From Tubulanus polymorphus (Eukaryota; Animalia; Nemertea): a stretch of 64,000 bases of DNA. Shown here piece after piece: positions 62,106 to 64,000 of this stretch. The notes under the pieces were generated by a model. That model made no database searches, was not told the origin of the DNA, and saw only the letters and a program-made list of their open reading frames with translations. The stretch's first letter is position 1. Each line of letters starts with the position of its first letter. Where the stretch lies: the NCBI RefSeq assembly GCF_964204645.1, contig NC_134028.1, positions 13,647,653 to 13,711,652 of the forward strand, read 5' to 3'. A program made the position numbers and the translations under genes.

Positions 62106-64000
62106 GGACGTAGTTTTTATTCTGAAGAAATCTTGTTTAAAAGTATTAAGCGTTAAATATTTATGTACCCTGTGTTAAAAGTTTCAGATGGAGAGGCCCG
62201 TGTACTTCTTCACAAAAATAGCATTTTGACCTTTCAAGGACATCGGTGTGCAGCAAAGATATACGCGTTACGCTATGAGATTTTCAGGCAGGTGGGGAAT
62301 TCGGGTCACCCGGGTCTATAGTCATGAACACTGTACTATAACGTCCAGACATCCATCTAAACGAGTCCATGCTCGTAGGTACCAGGTTTTTAGTATCCAG
62401 GCTGCAGGCGAATCATTTGGGTCACCTGCAATGTACTATAACCATAGAAATTTAGCACTGCTATGCTTTAACCAACCAACAGCTGATAGAGTTCATCAGA
62501 GCATCCAAACTTTAAATCTCCAGAAAACTATCTACTGTTTCATAAGCAGTGGATGCCATGTATCGCCTTCAGCAACGCAAACATTAAAAAAATGTGACGA
62601 TTTTAACAGCTAAATCTGCCAGCGATCACTCGATACCGTTACTTTTCATAGTTGATATCTTAAAAGTGAGATTGAAACAAATCCTTCCTGGATAAAAGGA
62701 ACACCTTAAACAGTCACCTAAAACATATTCATAGTCATACAGTCTTGGATAATTACATGCCACATAATTATTTTAGTTCAGAAATCGAAATATTTGAAGC
62801 TCGGCTTAAAATAAAAATCCTCCGATATTTAACAAGTGTTTTAAAGAACAATGATATGTTTGATAACAGGGTCGAATGGCTTATTTTGAACATTTCATTC
62901 AATTCCAAATTGGCTACATATTTCAGCCTAGATTTCTCACTTGAGACAGGATGATTTGATATTGTTTTAACAATCAAGAGAAATCCCTCCAGAAAATCAA
63001 GACGCGGGGAATATATTTAAGGCAACGTTTCGCCTAAAAAATTGAAAAGTCATTTTGTATTTCTAATATAAAACATGTGCATCATCAGGCCTCATGACAG
63101 ATAGGCTACTACTCAACGGTGAAAGCCCTTAAATTCTGCTGACCTGTATTAATTTGTATTGGACAACAAACGTAAGTGACCTAACGCGGACAGCGATTTT
63201 ATTGTCTGTATCAATAAAATACATAATTAAGCATATATAGCCTTGGTATTTTTCTGCGCAGAAGTGTGTTTGTTGTTTGAGCTAAATGGATGAATGCCAT
63301 CTGTATAACTGAGCAATAATGTTTTAATGCGATAGAGCTACCCCTCCCTCTCCGTAACTTTCAATCAATCTACGGTCCTAAAACGGTTTCGTATCAATAG
63401 ATACATTAGATGTAGATGTTGATTTAATTTCCGATAACAGAAACAATTAGTAGTCGTACTTTTCGGAAATTCAACTTAAGCCAGACTTTTCTAAGTCTGA
63501 GGATTTTTCTTAGTTCCAAACGATTCGACTTGTCACCGAATAACCAAGACCTCAATTCTTGTTATATCTTCGTGTTCATTAGTTAAATCTTATGTACATA
63601 TCCAAGCACGAATCAAGGACTTCGGTAAGAAACAGATTTTGACAAAACTGATTCTGATATATGTCATCTGTGAGGGAAACGAGACATCAAGCTTAATTGC
63701 TGTTCTTGGTTCGACTCTGTTTTCATAGCCATTTAAAACATAGTAGTGCGGACCCGGTAAATCGAACTTCCGTCTTACCGAGTCAACAGGTCATTTTTTT
63801 CAAACTCAAAATAAAATGTTGTTCGCCGCATTGCTCTTCCGGATCGATATTTGAATATTTATTCAAACAAAATGTTTGTTCTGGATATATTTAACATAAA
63901 ACCAGACAGGAGAAAGTTAGACACAATTGTGTATATATGTTGATATTTCCTCTGTTCACAAGTTTACAACTGCTTACATCTGTTTTTATAAATAATTTAA

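Overview
AT-rich animal-type nuclear DNA, probably an invertebrate (inferred from spliceosomal introns and transposon content). A Duox/NOX-family gene runs on the minus strand: six ferric-reductase-region exons lie between 17670 and 1580, one intron is probably GC-AG, and a 14.6-kb intron is filled with mobile DNA. The centrepiece is a near-complete 16,992-bp Polinton/Maverick (adintovirus-like endogenous virus) at 32091-49082. It has 60-bp TIRs and a GATAGA target-site duplication, and it sits inside the RT gene of a DIRS retrotransposon (29386-52307). It encodes pPolB, probable penton and major capsid, integrase with chromodomain, packaging ATPase and several membrane proteins. Its pPolB carries a 355-aa LAGLIDADG intein in the YFD/TDS motif, while a second pPolB copy at 14.0-15.65 kb has no intein. 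Almost every gene start in the element is a poxvirus-late-promoter-like T-run plus TAAATG. Together these suggest, by inference, an animal virophage-like element tied to a large DNA virus. The window also holds a second full DIRS inserted in a Penelope element, Penelope copies with hammerhead ribozymes, many Polinton fragments, Helentron-like non-autonomous repeats, MITEs and tandem arrays. All calls were made by eye; no searches were run.
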